DNA of 64,000 nucleotides from Salpingoeca rosetta (Eukaryota > Protista > Choanoflagellata), in contig JAWQFM010000007.1 in assembly GCA_033442325.1 (NCBI GenBank), positions 2,110,208 to 2,174,207 on the forward strand. The letters are read 5' to 3'. Shown here one piece after another: positions 32,634 through 45,713 of the stretch. The position numbers and the translations under genes were made by a program. Under the pieces are notes generated by a model. It saw only the letters and a program-made list of their open reading frames with translations, did no database searches and was not told the origin of the DNA. Each line of letters begins with the position of its first letter. The stretch's first letter is position 1.

Positions 32634-34046
32634 ATGAACCACCCATGCGAGCAGCAAGGAGAACTGCCCATCAATCAACACATCAGCCATTGACACATCA
32701 GCCACCGACCATCCCGCCCACGACGCATACCGGGACATCTGGCATGAGCCTGAGGGGCTCTGCCATGACGGCAGCGGCGTCTGTGATGGTGCTGCGGGGA
32801 ACGCTTGGCGGCTGCTGCACCGTCGCCTCCAGCACACGCGCCCTAACATCCACACGAACACGCACGCACGCACACGCAAACGCAGCATGGCCGAGAGGCA
32901 AGAGATGGGCGGGTATGTGAGCACATGGGTAGACATATGCCGTTGTCGAATCGTAACGCCCGCGAGACACACGCCCTGAGCAAGATAGGGGTGCTCAGGG
33001 TGAGGTGAAGCACACACACACACATATAATACACACGCACACACACATATAATACACACGCACACACACGCACAACACACACGCACACACACACAACACA
33101 CACGCACACACAAGTCCCACACAATGCATGACCGACCGTCGATCCATGACATCATCCTCGTCCTCATCGTCGCTTTCATATCCGCGATGTGTATTCATCA
33201 TTGCACTGTGACAGTGACGCACATTGGCAACAATAGGAGGTGAGACGTTTTGTGATGTTCGCGTATCCTGTGCACCATTCGGAACACGTGCACTCATCGA
33301 CAAATGTCTGTAGCAAGCTTGAACTCCTGCAGCTTGAAAAGGTCTTGCGGGCATGGCTCAAACTCCCCAAGTTCAAGCTCAAGGCTTCACGCCCAACCAC
33401 ACATTCACATGGGCACACAAGGAGACCTACTCTTCCAGCTGCTGTTGCAAGTCTTCTTCTTGTCGAGCGCGCTCTTCTGATCTGTCGATGACAGCCGCAA
33501 TTCGGTCAGGGCGTCTGAAGGTGTGGACACATGAGTAAAAGGTGAGAGGTGTAAGGGGGGTGCACGAGGTGAGAGATGAGAGGGGTGCGTTGTGAGAGAC
33601 AAAATGGTCAGAGGTGCGACGTGAGAGGCAAACTGTGGGGGAGGAGAGGCATGAAGAAGTAGAGGTTAAAACTTGAGAGCAGGGATCAAGCCTGGTGCAT
33701 TCGACAACGCTCCACGACGAACAAGCACATTGACTCACTGTTGATGGTGCGTTGCTGGCGTAACCGGCTGTGATGCTGCTGCACGTGAGGTCGGTGCGCG
33801 GGATCGAATGTTCTCGTCCCTCAAATCTGAGCCAATACCAAAGGGAAGGCCACGGCCACCATCACACGCACACACACAAGAGTGAGCAACAAGGAGCGAG
33901 TGTGCGAGTGGATGCCCACTTGCTCGTGCAAGTAGCGACACGGTGCACATACACACACACACACATACACATATCGACACACATCGACTCACATCTACAC
34001 ACACTGCAGCAGGCTCACCTTCATCTTTACTCTGTCCACAACCCAT
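32339..34046 (-). CDS. LAMTOR1/p18-like Ragulator anchor, 6 exons, about 160 aa (hand-spliced)
   Basis: MGCGQSKDE|DLRDENIR..|QRPDRIAAVIDRSEERARQEEDLQQQLE|DAMMN..EDDVMDR|RARVLEATV..STITDAAAVMAEP..|EDVLGQMQEVQSNALTSAGVKPRAETINMSTRLV*. All junctions are GT..AG and in frame. N-terminal MGC acylation motif. Confidence 0.6.
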
Positions 34047-34213
34047 CTTTGGTTGGTGTCTGTGTCAAGCAAGCAAGTAAGCGAGCGAGCGAGGGAGCAG
34101 GCAAGCAAGCGGGTTGAAGGGTGTGTGATGTGGTGCGTGTTTCTTCCTCTCCAAAGTCGTCGTCGTGGTCGATGAAAATTAAGTGATATCTTCGGCAATT
34201 CTTCCCAACTTGG

Positions 34214-34801
34214 ATGGCCAGCAAACACAAGAGCGACAACAAGGAAGCAAGCAAAGCAAGAACCAAGAAGCGAGCTGAACCGCACATGCACAGCAGTCGT
34301 CTGCTGGTTGTGTTGTTGTTGCCGTTGTTGCTGGTGACGGTTGTTGCAGGAGGGCAGGGGAGTGTCCACGAAAGTGACTGCGGTGATAACAGTGTTGCTG
34401 CCACTGACACCATGAGCAGCGAAAAGGCTGCCGACGCCCGCAGAGCAGAGGTTGGGGCAGAGGCGGAGGCGGAGGCGGAGGCGGAGCCGCGGCTTGCCCT
34501 GCCTTCTGCCATGGCCAACCCAGACAAGGAGAGCACGCTGTCGTCGCTTACCGTGGACGGCGACGCGGTGGCCCTGGACGAGCTTGGCCCCATGGTGGTG
34601 AATAAGGACGGCACGCTTTCGCGCATCACAAACTGGCGGTCCATGTCGGAGCAGGAGCAAGCAACAACGCTCCGCGTCCTGAAGAAGCGCAACGCACAGC
34701 GCATCAAGGCCCTCGGTGGTCAGCTCCCAGGAAACGTCAAGGTCCAGCAAGACAAGTCACAACAGCACCAGCAGCACCAGCAGCAGAAAGCTGACTTGTG
34801 A
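34214..34801 (+). CDS. Small intronless conserved hypothetical protein with hydrophobic N-terminal segment
   Basis: Clean ORF with a hydrophobic stretch (LLVVLLLPLLLVTVVAG) and a C-terminal LDELGPMVVNKDGTLSRITNW..EQATTLRVLKKRN domain that I recognise from uncharacterised fungal/protist proteins. Confidence 0.75.
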   Translation: MASKHKSDNKEASKARTKKRAEPHMHSSRLLVVLLLPLLLVTVVAGGQGSVHESDCGDNSVAATDTMSSEKAADARRAEVGAEAEAEAEAEPRLALPSAMANPDKESTLSSLTVDGDAVALDELGPMVVNKDGTLSRITNWRSMSEQEQATTLRVLKKRNAQRIKALGGQLPGNVKVQQDKSQQHQQHQQQKADL

Positions 34802-35569
34802 CTGTCGCGCGAAACAGTTGCTGGCTGCGTTCACCCCGCTTCCGTTTCGCGCGCCCTACTAATGATCATGTAACTGAACCCTTATCTCGTCTGCCTGCGT
34901 CTGCCTGCGTGATGATGCTGTCGTTTACAAGTCGTTGGGGCTTGTTTCTCTGCGTATCTCCATCCAGTCCAACGCCTTGTTCGTTTCTTGCTGAGGCACA
35001 AGTTTCAGGCGTGACACTTGCTTCTTTGGGATGTGCCATGCTGTAATGCAACAATACACCCATAACCATAACCATTTCCGCTCAACAGTAACGAACAATG
35101 TACACGAGGCAGGGAGGATTGGGGAGACGGGACACAGAGACGGAGAGAGAGGGGAGGGGGATGAAGGGGAAGCAAAGGTATGACGCAGGTGCTATCTGAC
35201 AAACACCATCGTCTGGGGTGCTTCAATCAAACAAGGGGCATGGTTTCTACTGGTGCCGGGGCGTCGTCTATCTAAATCGATGAAGAAACGTTGGCTGCCG
35301 ACTTGCGTAGCGCAGCCTTTGATTAACAGGTGACGGGAAGGGCGAATGGAAAGGTTTCACTACACGCGTGATTCTACCATCGTCGCGTGACCTGAAAAGG
35401 CACAGCATGCAGTCACGGGAGGAGCATGCGAGCAGCAACAGCAGGCGTGAGCGCAGCAGTCATGAGCGGAACGACAGGGCCCAAGACGACGGTGCATGGT
35501 TGGAGAATTGAAGCGGGGACGAAGGTATTGGGTGACAGAGGGGTGCAGTTGTCGTGCCAAATGGCATTG

Positions 35570-35650
35570 TCAACCTGCCGCCGTCTTACCATCATGGTCG
35601 TCGCTTTCGCGCGCAGCAGCAGCAGCAGCAGCGGTGACAGTCACGGCATT

Positions 35651-35682
<32 letters not shown>

Positions 35683-35774
35683 GTCTGCGGAGTGGGCGGT
35701 ACGAGTCCGAGTGAAGGCGGCGGGAGAAGTAAACGCTCGCCGCAAAGCCCGCAGCAACGCACGCAAGGCCAGCG

Positions 35775-35846
<72 letters not shown>

Positions 35847-36156
35847 GCGGACGTATTCTATTATTCTTTTTGATTATTTTTTTTTATTCTTTTTTTTATT
35901 TTTTTTTTTTTTTTAAGTATAGCTAATGAAATAGCGTTATTCGGCGAGTATGAGGTGGATGGGGTGACTCTTTGAAACATGTCCGCTCCCCCCCCTCCTG
36001 ACTCTTACTTGCAAACAGTCTATACATGGCAGGAACTATGACTAGTCGCCTCCGCGGAACCATTATCTAACACAATACCCGCGTTACGACTGGGCGGGGG
36101 GTGAAGTATCCGGACCATTAAGGGCACTGTCCGTCGCAGACAGACCTACCTCCTAC

Positions 36157-36226
<70 letters not shown>

Positions 36227-36503
36227 GCAGTGTGCGTGCTTACACAGCGCAGGCCTTGATGAAGAAGCCGTCGTAATCGGCAGAGGCGGAGGAGAAGGGG
36301 CGGTAGAGGAGAACAGCAATGGCGCCAACATACCCAAAGCAGTCGCTGATTAGCACTGACGAGCAGAGCCAGCACACCGCGTATCCAGACACGTGCGAGG
36401 GAGGGGAGAGAAGGAGGAGAAATGCGTGACGAACGTGAGTGCGTGTGAACACCGTGTGGCGCAGCGTGCATGTAGCAGTAGATTGACAAAGGTATGCGTG
36501 TAT

Positions 36504-36544
<41 letters not shown>

Positions 36545-36786
36545 CACAGACTCAGACACACAGACTCAGACACACAGACACACACATACGCACACACACA
36601 CACACAAACACGCAACGGACCGAGGAAGACGGAGGTGCCGTCCGTGTGTGTGGCGGCGAGCAATCGATCGTACAGCGAGCCAGAAAACGGCACAATCGAC
36701 ACAAACGTCGCACACCCTGGACGCGCACACGGGACCGAGGCCACACGTAATGAGGCAATGAGCGTTAACACAGCACGTTCAACGCA

Positions 36787-36834
<48 letters not shown>

Positions 36835-37693
36835 AATGCACTGTACGCAATGTGCGTATGTGCGCGTGTGTTCGTTGCCACAGCTGCGACATAACCCCCC
36901 CCCCACCTCATCCATGAACGCACCAATCAGGATGATGAGGGAGTAGCCCGTGAGCGCGCTGCGCACATATGCAACAACGGCGAGCATTGCAATGCAGCCC
37001 CCAACAGCCAGCAGCGACAGACACAGCTTAAACGCCCGCCTGACATGGTGATGGTGGTGGTGGTGGTGGTGGTGGTGGTGGTGATTTGAATGAGCAATGA
37101 ACACGGTGTCTTGTGTGGCTGGGTGTGAGCACGTGTGCGATTGCATCAAATTGGTTGTGCACGAGTGCGTTGGATTGTTTGACGCCAAAGGAGATTGAAG
37201 CATCCCAAGCATCTCCACACCTGTTGTTTCGGATGCGGACAAGCAGCAGCAGCAGGATTGTGGACACAATTCCGCCTGAACACGCGCACGCATTCGCAGC
37301 CACACAGCAGCAGCAGCAGCAGCGGTGTGACGGCTTTGTTCATGCGAGCACGCTCGTTCGACACAAAGGAACCAAACCAACACCACCCAAATCAAGTCAT
37401 ATCTATCCAAGACAAGCAACCGTCCCAGGCGCAGCAACACCCACAGCCAAACCAAAGCACAAACAATGAGTAAATCAAACCAAGCCAAGCCAACCAAACC
37501 ACCACGACCTCTTCTCTTCTTCACCTGGAATGTCGGCAGCAAGGTAGTCCTGTGGTTGCGGGGACCGCCCGAGAAGCGGTGTGTATATGTCATTGGCGAA
37601 GAAGTCGCGATAGGAGCGCAGCGCAACAGCGGCCATATATGCAATGTTGATGCACACCAGCCCCGGCCAGAAGGACCTGTCACGAGCGGGGGG

Positions 37694-37773
<80 letters not shown>

Positions 37774-38182
37774 GTGTGTGTGTGCGCGCGCGCGCGTGTG
37801 TGTGCGCGAGGCGGGTGTGTGTGTGTGTGTGTGAGTGAGAGAGTGAGAGAGACAGAGACAGAGACAGAGAGAGACAGAGACAGAGAGAGACAGAGACAGA
37901 GAGAGACAGAGAGAGAGAGAGAGGTGGGAGAGGTTAATGTATTCGTTCGCGTACATGTGTGTGCGTGCGTGCGTCTGTCTGTGCGTATGTGTGTGTATGT
38001 GCATGTGTCTCGTTGTTGTCGTCGTCGTCACAGACAAGGGCAAGTGCGAGCAGCTCGCCATATCCACAATGGCAACTCATACTTGAGAAAATGGTTGCGT
38101 TCAGGAGCGGGCATCGGCTTGCGGACGGACTGCGACTGGCGATTATGGCGCGCAGCACGTCATCATGTCAGAGGCAGTGTGA

Positions 38183-38224
<42 letters not shown>

Positions 38225-39287
38225 TCATGTGTGAGTGATTGGGTTTTGGGCGAGTGATTGTATTTTGAGTGAGTGATTGCACTTTGGGTGAGCGGTGGTC
38301 AGTGCGGAGAATGCACACATGTACACACACACACACACATGTACACACACACACACATGCACAGGTACACACACACACATATGTACATGTACATGTACAC
38401 ACGCACACACACACACATGCACATGTACACACACACACGCACACACACACATGCACATGCACATGTACACACGCACCTCCCCTCCTTCTGTCCCCAAACA
38501 CCAACCTGCTGGTCCTTGAGCGACGGCGGCGGGATGCAGTCGAGAACATATGTGCAGACGACAAACACCGGTGTTGCGAGCAGCACGATGAGGAGTGGCA
38601 TGAGCAGTGGCGCGACAACACCAAGCAGGGCCCGGGCAACGGCGCGCGCCGCCGAACTGCCAAACACGACCACCATGTTGAGGGCGGATATGTACAGCTC
38701 CGTGTTCTGCCGCCCTTCGAGGTACGCGAGCAGGGCCGTGTAGATGCACCCGGTGGGGAACCCCGCAGCGAACATGCCAAGCGTTGCCAGCACAGGCATG
38801 TCGAGGGGCAGGAAGGCGGTGAAGCCCAGCCCGCCAAGCACAAACGTGGCGATGAGGAAGCGGAAGCGGTGCGCGGGCTTGAGTGCGCTCAGCACGCGTA
38901 TTGCCGGGAATTTAGAAACGGCCATTGCGAGGACAGATGCAGTTGACATCCACGTCTTGACACCCAGACCAGCCATGGTGGGCTGCGAAAAGTCATCGTT
39001 CTCCAACAGGTACACGGGATAGCGGAACAGGTACACACACCTGCCAGCAGTGTAGTGTGTGTGTGTGCGTGTGTTGTGTTGTATTGTGTTTGTGAATGCG
39101 TAGTGTGTATGTATGTGTGTGAGCGCAGAAACGCTTGCTAAAGTTGGGGTGAACGTGTTGGATAAACACACGAGCAAGTGCTTGTGTACAATCATTCTAG
39201 TGAGAAGTCAAACCCCACAGTTGAACACATGTCACAGCTTCACCAACGACAAACTGACCCATTGCACACACTGCACACACTGCACAC

Positions 39288-39339
<52 letters not shown>

Positions 39340-39754
39340 ACCACACACACACACACCAATATGCGATGATGATGGCAACGGAAGGAATGACGGCGCGTGC
39401 CAGGTCGGATGTGGCCATGAGGCGTTTCAAGCGAAGACGCACGCCGCGAAGCGTCGTGGGACACCCACGCAATGCTGCAGCTGCCGCAACAGCGGCTGCA
39501 CCAGTGTCGCCAGCACCGCTGCTGCCACTACCACTGCCGCCGCCATCGTCTGTGTCGCTGGCGGGGTGGGCGTGCCGGCGGTAGTGTGTCTCGTCCTGCA
39601 CAAGCAGGAGCCGTGTGTGGGCGCTGTCAGCACCGCCACCGCCGCCATCATCCTCGTACATGTGATGGCGTCGTCTTGACCCTCCACTGCCACCACCACT
39701 CGCACCGCCGCCACTGCTACTGCTCGCAGAAGCAGCTGTTGCGTTGGTGGTCAT
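35570..39754 (-). CDS. DUF5690-like multi-pass membrane protein (MFS-like), multi-exon
   Basis: Exons read YLFRYP, SKFPAIRVLS, LAYLEGRQNTE, CIPPPSLKDQQ, VRKPMPAPERNHFL, FWPGLV..LRSYRDFFANDIY, IRNNR|RAF, LYDRLLAA..GTSVFL, ISDCFGYVG and AASVYFSRR, giving about 10-12 hydrophobic segments. Confidence 0.7.
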
Positions 39755-42265
39755 TGCCGTGCTGCTACTTCGGCTGCTGCTGCCGCTGCTTCGGCTGCTG
39801 CTGTTGTTGTGGAGGTTACTGTGGCCGCTATGATTTCATAGCCACACACTCACATACACACACACACAACACAACACACGTGTCCTTCCGCACTACACAG
39901 CTGCTTGAACTTAACGCCGCGTTGTGTGATGGGATGGCGCTGCCCGTGTTGCTTCAGGATCAGCACTCTGACCACCCTTTGCTGCTTGCGCACTTCCTGA
40001 CCCGAAGGTTTCGCCTCGAGCAAAGCAAAGCAAAGCAAAGCAAAGCAAAAGCAACCCACGACGAATCTTCAACTCCTGTGCTGCTGCCACCTGCCAATCA
40101 CAAGCCGCAGCTGCGCCGTGGCAGTGCGGCACAAGCAAACCGGAAAAGTCTACCAAGTAAGACGGGATCAAACTCTGCCGCCACATTTCAAAACGAAGAC
40201 ACAGATGGGCACGCACACGCACACACATGGGTGCACACGGTCTGCGGTGACACGCACCACCCACCGGCACAAGTGTTGTGCATGCATGGGATGTTGGACG
40301 TGTGCGACTCACCCTGGCAACGTTTGCGTGTGGCGAACTGCACGAGCGCCGCTGGGTAGGCCTTTTGCACACTCGCACGCGCCCGACAGAAAGGACAGAT
40401 GATCTGCATGCATGAGCCAAGAATAGGTTGTCACACGCATGCTGTTCTGGTGCATGTTGTGTGTCTGCATGTGTGTGTGTGTCTGTTGGATTGTGTGCTG
40501 CACACGTCGATCATGATCGTGATCGCTTGATCGCGCTCGTGCCCCCGTGTGTGTGTGTATTGGCGGAACACCCTCACAAAACACAAACAAACAAAACACA
40601 GCAACACAGCCGACCCACCTCTGCTGCTGACTTGCTGCACGCACAAAGTCACGCACGCACAAAGAAAACGACGGCGGTTTTTTTTTTCTTCTGTCATTGA
40701 TGGCTACAGTTTATGTTGTCGTTTACAGAGTTTTGGGCACATCTTCAAGAAGGTTGCCAATTTTCGGCTTGATTGCTCACGTTTGGTTTGTTTGAAGAAA
40801 GCAACACAGCCTGCACGTTTGTCGTGTGTGCATGTTCTTTGTTGCGTGTGTGTGTGTGTGTGCGTGCAGCCCCAGACACAGCAACCTCTCTGTCTTTGTT
40901 CTGCGACGCACACCCCCCACACAAACACAAACACCACGCACAACCTATCCTCCAACCAACCAACCAACCAACCAACCAACCAACTGCTTTTGTGCTCCCG
41001 CACTTTCGCCAGCCTTCTCTCATCTTCAACCTTCGGTGAGCTTCCACCCGTTCACCTCCCTTGCTCCATCTGTGATCGTCCGCGCGGGTGATCGGCCTAG
41101 CCGATGTTTTGGCTGTTTCTTCAATGTTCTCTCTCGCTCTCTCTCTGCCTTCTTGGTTTGACTGTGTGCACGCACACACATCCACCACCCACCCTCGCTT
41201 GCGCTTGCTTACTTACTTGCATGGTTGCTTGCACGAAGGATAGCCTATCTCCCTCCTATCCTTCCCCACCCGCATTGCGTTGTTGTGCCCATTCACACGC
41301 CTCATTTTCTCACCTTGCGTCGGTTGCTTGTTTGCTGATCACCACCCCATTCCCTCTTCTGGCTATTGTGACTCCCCACCATCACAGCTCCCGCGTCTCT
41401 GATCGTCGGCATCCATCCACGCCCTCAACTGCCTCGGCCGCCTCCATTTAGTCGCTTGCACTTGGCTGCGTCATCACCATCATCAGCCACAACACCGCAA
41501 GCCCACACATCACTTGGCTCCAGCAGCACACAAGCGCTCAACCAGCAAACCAGACAAGCCACAAACACAAACAAACCCCTCCCCAGCCGCTTCAACTGGA
41601 CAATCAACCTCACAGGTAGGCAAGGCAATCACTGCCATGCGCCACGGCCATCCCCACAGTGCCGCTTGCTTGCTTGCTTGCTTGCTTGCCGTCGTGTGTC
41701 GGCGCCAACCCTGGCTCCAGCCACCTTCCCCTCCCCTTGCTTCCCGTCCATTCTATCCATTGTTCCCCCCCCCCTTTGTGTTGTTGTGGGCGATTTGACT
41801 ATGTGTTTTCGATGGTGGCTGGTGATTGTGTAGTTGGTGTTGGTGTCGTCTGGTGTTGTCGTTGTTGTTGGTGTTGTCCCTTTGTGCAACTCTTCCTCAG
41901 CGTTCCCACTTGTTTACCCTCCTTCTTCTCCTCCTCCGCCTTCCCCGACCCAGCCGTTCGTTCCACTCCATTGTTTGTTTTGCCCCCAACTTTCACAAAC
42001 AACAACAACTCCCTCCCCCCCCCCTCTCTTCTTCTTCTCAAACCGTTATTTGTGTTCAAGTCATCTGCCCACACCCCCATCACGACTCACACCCATCTCC
42101 CCCCCCCCACCTCTCCATTTCAACATCCACCATGTGCGTTTCCCCTTGCTTGTTGCTCCCAGGGCATTTGGATCTGCGAGTCCCCTTGGCGATCGTTCCC
42201 CGACACATCTCCCCAGCCCCCGCCCTCAAGCGCACGCACAAGCACTCCAGCACAGCGCGCCAACC

Positions 42266-42340
42266 ATGAGCGGCCTCACCATGGCTGCGGCCCCGGTCAT
42301 GTCCCCGGGACTTGAACAGCTCTCCCCGCGCGCACGCGGT

Positions 42341-42379
<39 letters not shown>

Positions 42380-44135
42380 AACGCCACCGCCACAACAGCA
42401 AGCACGCTCTCCGCCTCAATGAGCAAGGTGCCCCTGTTCAGTGCCGACGGCACCACCAAAGCGCACCTGCACATGAGGCAGCAGCCCTCTGTGTTCACCT
42501 TCGACAGCAGCACCAACAGCAAGGAGGCTGCTGTGGCCCCGACGTACGCGCGTGCGTCGTCCTCATGGTCGTCGTCGTCGTCGTCGGCCTACCCGGCCAG
42601 CGTGCGATCGGCAGCGCCCCTGCTGCGCTCCAAGACAACCGCGGACGTGTTCACCGCACCAACATCAGCCCCCGCGGGTAGCACCGCCACCAGCCTGGCG
42701 CCGTCAGCGGGAACGCCAGCAGCGACTGTGGGCCGGACATCAGCCGCCTCCCCCTCCTCGTCATCGCCGTCGTCCACGTCATCGGCGGGGTCGGCGACCG
42801 CGGGGAAGCGCGCGCCGCGCGCCAGCGCATCCGCCATCAGCGAAATCCTCAGCATTCCGCTGTCGCAGGCACCAACCAACAAGGCGCCAACAACAACACC
42901 ATCAACAGCCTCCGCCATGCACCACCACCACCACCACCACAGCCAGCAGGCACAGACTCCCACGCAGGGCCACCACAACACGATGCACAGCCCGGGCCCG
43001 CTCTCGGCCATGTCATCCGCTGCTCCGCCATCAGCAGCCATGTTCTCCCCAACCTCCACCAGCAACGGCATGGATGCGGCGTCTCAGGGCGCATACGACA
43101 GCCCGCCGCGCCAGGTGCTTGATCTGCAGCCCCCACCAAAGAAGGCTAAGATGGGGGGAGACAGCACAACAACCGCGGCAGCGGCAGCATACTCGATGCC
43201 GCCATCCAACATGTTCCCGTCGTCCATCGGCGACTCATCAGCACCAACCTACCACCACCGCCAGCAACACCAGCAACCACAACAATACTACCACCAACAC
43301 CAGCGACCACAACAATACTACCAGCAGCAGCAGCCTGCGCCGGCCAAGTCGCTTCCATTCTCCAGCACGGCGTCGCTCGCGTCTCTGCTGGAGGCCGGGC
43401 AAAGGCTGACGGAGAGCCTGTATGGTGCATCCTCCTTCGAGCACAGCCAGGGCGCACCCCCTTCACCCACACTTCCGTCCGCCGGCGCAGCCACGACAAC
43501 AGCCGCCAGCCCGGGCGTCAACAACCCGTTCAGCGGCGTTGTGTCGTCGGCGGCCCCAGCTGCCGGCGCACGTGATGTCAGCAACGGCCTCTCGTTCTCC
43601 AACATCACCAGCACGGATGGCGGCGCCGCCGCTGATGTGCTCACGGACGCAAGCGCGGCCATCGCCGACATCACGTCCCCGTCGGTGCCGACGGCGTTTG
43701 ACCGCTTCTTTGCAAGCCTGACGCAGGACGCCACCGACGAGATGGTGGCCTCGCTCAACCCGGGCACGGAGGAGTCGGGTGCATTTGAGTGCGGGTTTGA
43801 TGTGAACCAGATCCCCACCATCAACGACGCTGTGCTCAACCTCCCGTCGTTGTCTGACAGCATCACCACCGACGATGCCCCCGGCACTACCACCACCGCC
43901 GCCGCCGCCTCTGCCTCTGCAGCGCTCAGCCTCAGCAACCAAGGGTCCGTGCATGCGGGCAACAACAACAACAGCAACAACAACGCCATCGGTGAGCGCA
44001 GTGTGGGAAGCAAGCAGCACAACGGTAGCAACAACGCCCGCCCGCGACGCCAACGCAAGGCGCTGACCACCACGGCGGCTGCCAGGGCGTCCAAGCGCCG
44101 CACGTCTGCCCGTATCCGCCAAGCCCGCACCTCAA

Positions 44136-44168
<33 letters not shown>

Positions 44169-44662
44169 CAAGCTTGCAGCAAAGCATCCAGCGCAGCCAG
44201 CTTCCCCAGTTCCACAACTACGGCGAGCAGCATGCGTTTGCAAACCAGGATGGGGTGACACCGCCCCACAGTGCATCTTCGCTGGACTCGTGCGCGTTCT
44301 CCGACATGAGCCTGCCTCTCTTCGCTGGCGATGACAGCACGACGGCCCCTTCTCGTCGCTCCAAGAGCAGCCGCCGCTCCAGCCGCCACAGCCAATCCTC
44401 CAAGGACTCGCTCAACGCCACGCGCCGCATCGCAAACATGCCGCCGGAGAAGCGCGAGCGCGTGCGCAAGTTGGCACGCGATGCAGCCCGCCGGCGCCGG
44501 CGCGAAGAGCGCATGAAGGACACGCACCGCGAGCAGCTGTGCGAAGAATTGAAGAAGCGAAACGACACCTTGCGACAGGAACGCACGCAGCTGCAGATCA
44601 AACTCAACGCTCTCGTGCAGGTGGCCATTGAGAAGTTTCCACACTTTGTGTCAACGCAGTGA
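42266..44662 (+). CDS. bZIP transcription factor with long low-complexity N-terminus; CDS intronless
   Basis: Long open frame ending in a basic region (EKRERVRKLARDAARRRRREE) and a heptad zipper (L-KKRNDT-L-RQERTQ-L-QIKLNA-L). Start taken at caaccATG 42266. Confidence 0.82.
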
Positions 44663-45221
44663 GCTGGACACTGTGAAAGCGTGTCGTGTGGTTTGAGGTG
44701 TTTGATCTGCCATCTCCGGAGAGCTGACAACACTGGCAATGTTACATCGACATGCTTTACACCAACGCCTTCCATCTTGGTTACACTTCTTGCGTTTGCG
44801 TGCTGTTTATTCATCCATTCCCATGTTCAAAGCGCTTTCACACCACACCCCCCCCCCCCGCAACTTTCATTCCGTTTTGCTCATCTCCCTCTCATTGCGG
44901 GTCTTTTCCACGTTCTCATTGTGGCTGCGTTATTTGCACCCATCGTACCACCACCTTGAGACACGCCACGTGCCGTCTCGCGTGGTTGTGTCTGCGCCTT
45001 TTGCCTTTTTTTCTCTTCGTCTTGTGTGTTGCGTACTCAATGCCGCTGCAAACAGCAACAATGCCACTGTTACACCTTTGGGGTTCCTTCCTGTTGTCTG
45101 CCCACTCGCTTTCTGTTGGTTATTCTTTGTTCTCTCTTTTCGTGCATGCCCAGTGGGCTCATATCCATCGCCTTCATAAACAGAGTGAACGAACAAAAAA
45201 ACAAATGAACGATGCACATGC

Positions 45222-45315
<94 letters not shown>

Positions 45316-45598
45316 GGTCGGTGGGTGGGTCGGTGGGTGGGTCGGTGGGTGAATGTGCGAACTTGTGATTGCTGGCTGTTGCTCGGACCAAAATGGATCT
45401 GGTGGTCGTCGTGTAATTCGTCATCAGTTCACATAATACTAGCACTTACAAACATCGCCTTTGCAATCGCAAACGTCAATGCCAGGCAGCTCGCCACTTG
45501 CTGACCCGAATGCACACTCACCAACACCTTCAATCACAACTCCAGTCGCTTACACCTTCTCCTCTCGCTTGGCCCACACGCTTGTCCCACTCCATGGC

Positions 45599-45633
45599 TC
45601 ACTCCTCCATCTTACTGCCACCATCACCATCAG

Positions 45634-45713
<80 letters not shown>

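Noticed and set aside
33427-33432. Apparent TAG stop ending the LAMTOR1-like frame (possible readthrough)
   Set aside because: The TAG lies within the splice donor GA|gtaggt, and splicing restores the frame.
35846-36120. AT-rich, poly-T stretch in the last DUF5690 intron (possible retro-insertion or ncRNA)
   Set aside because: It sits between two microsatellites, has no target-site duplication or recognisable RNA fold, and resembles poor-quality sequence.
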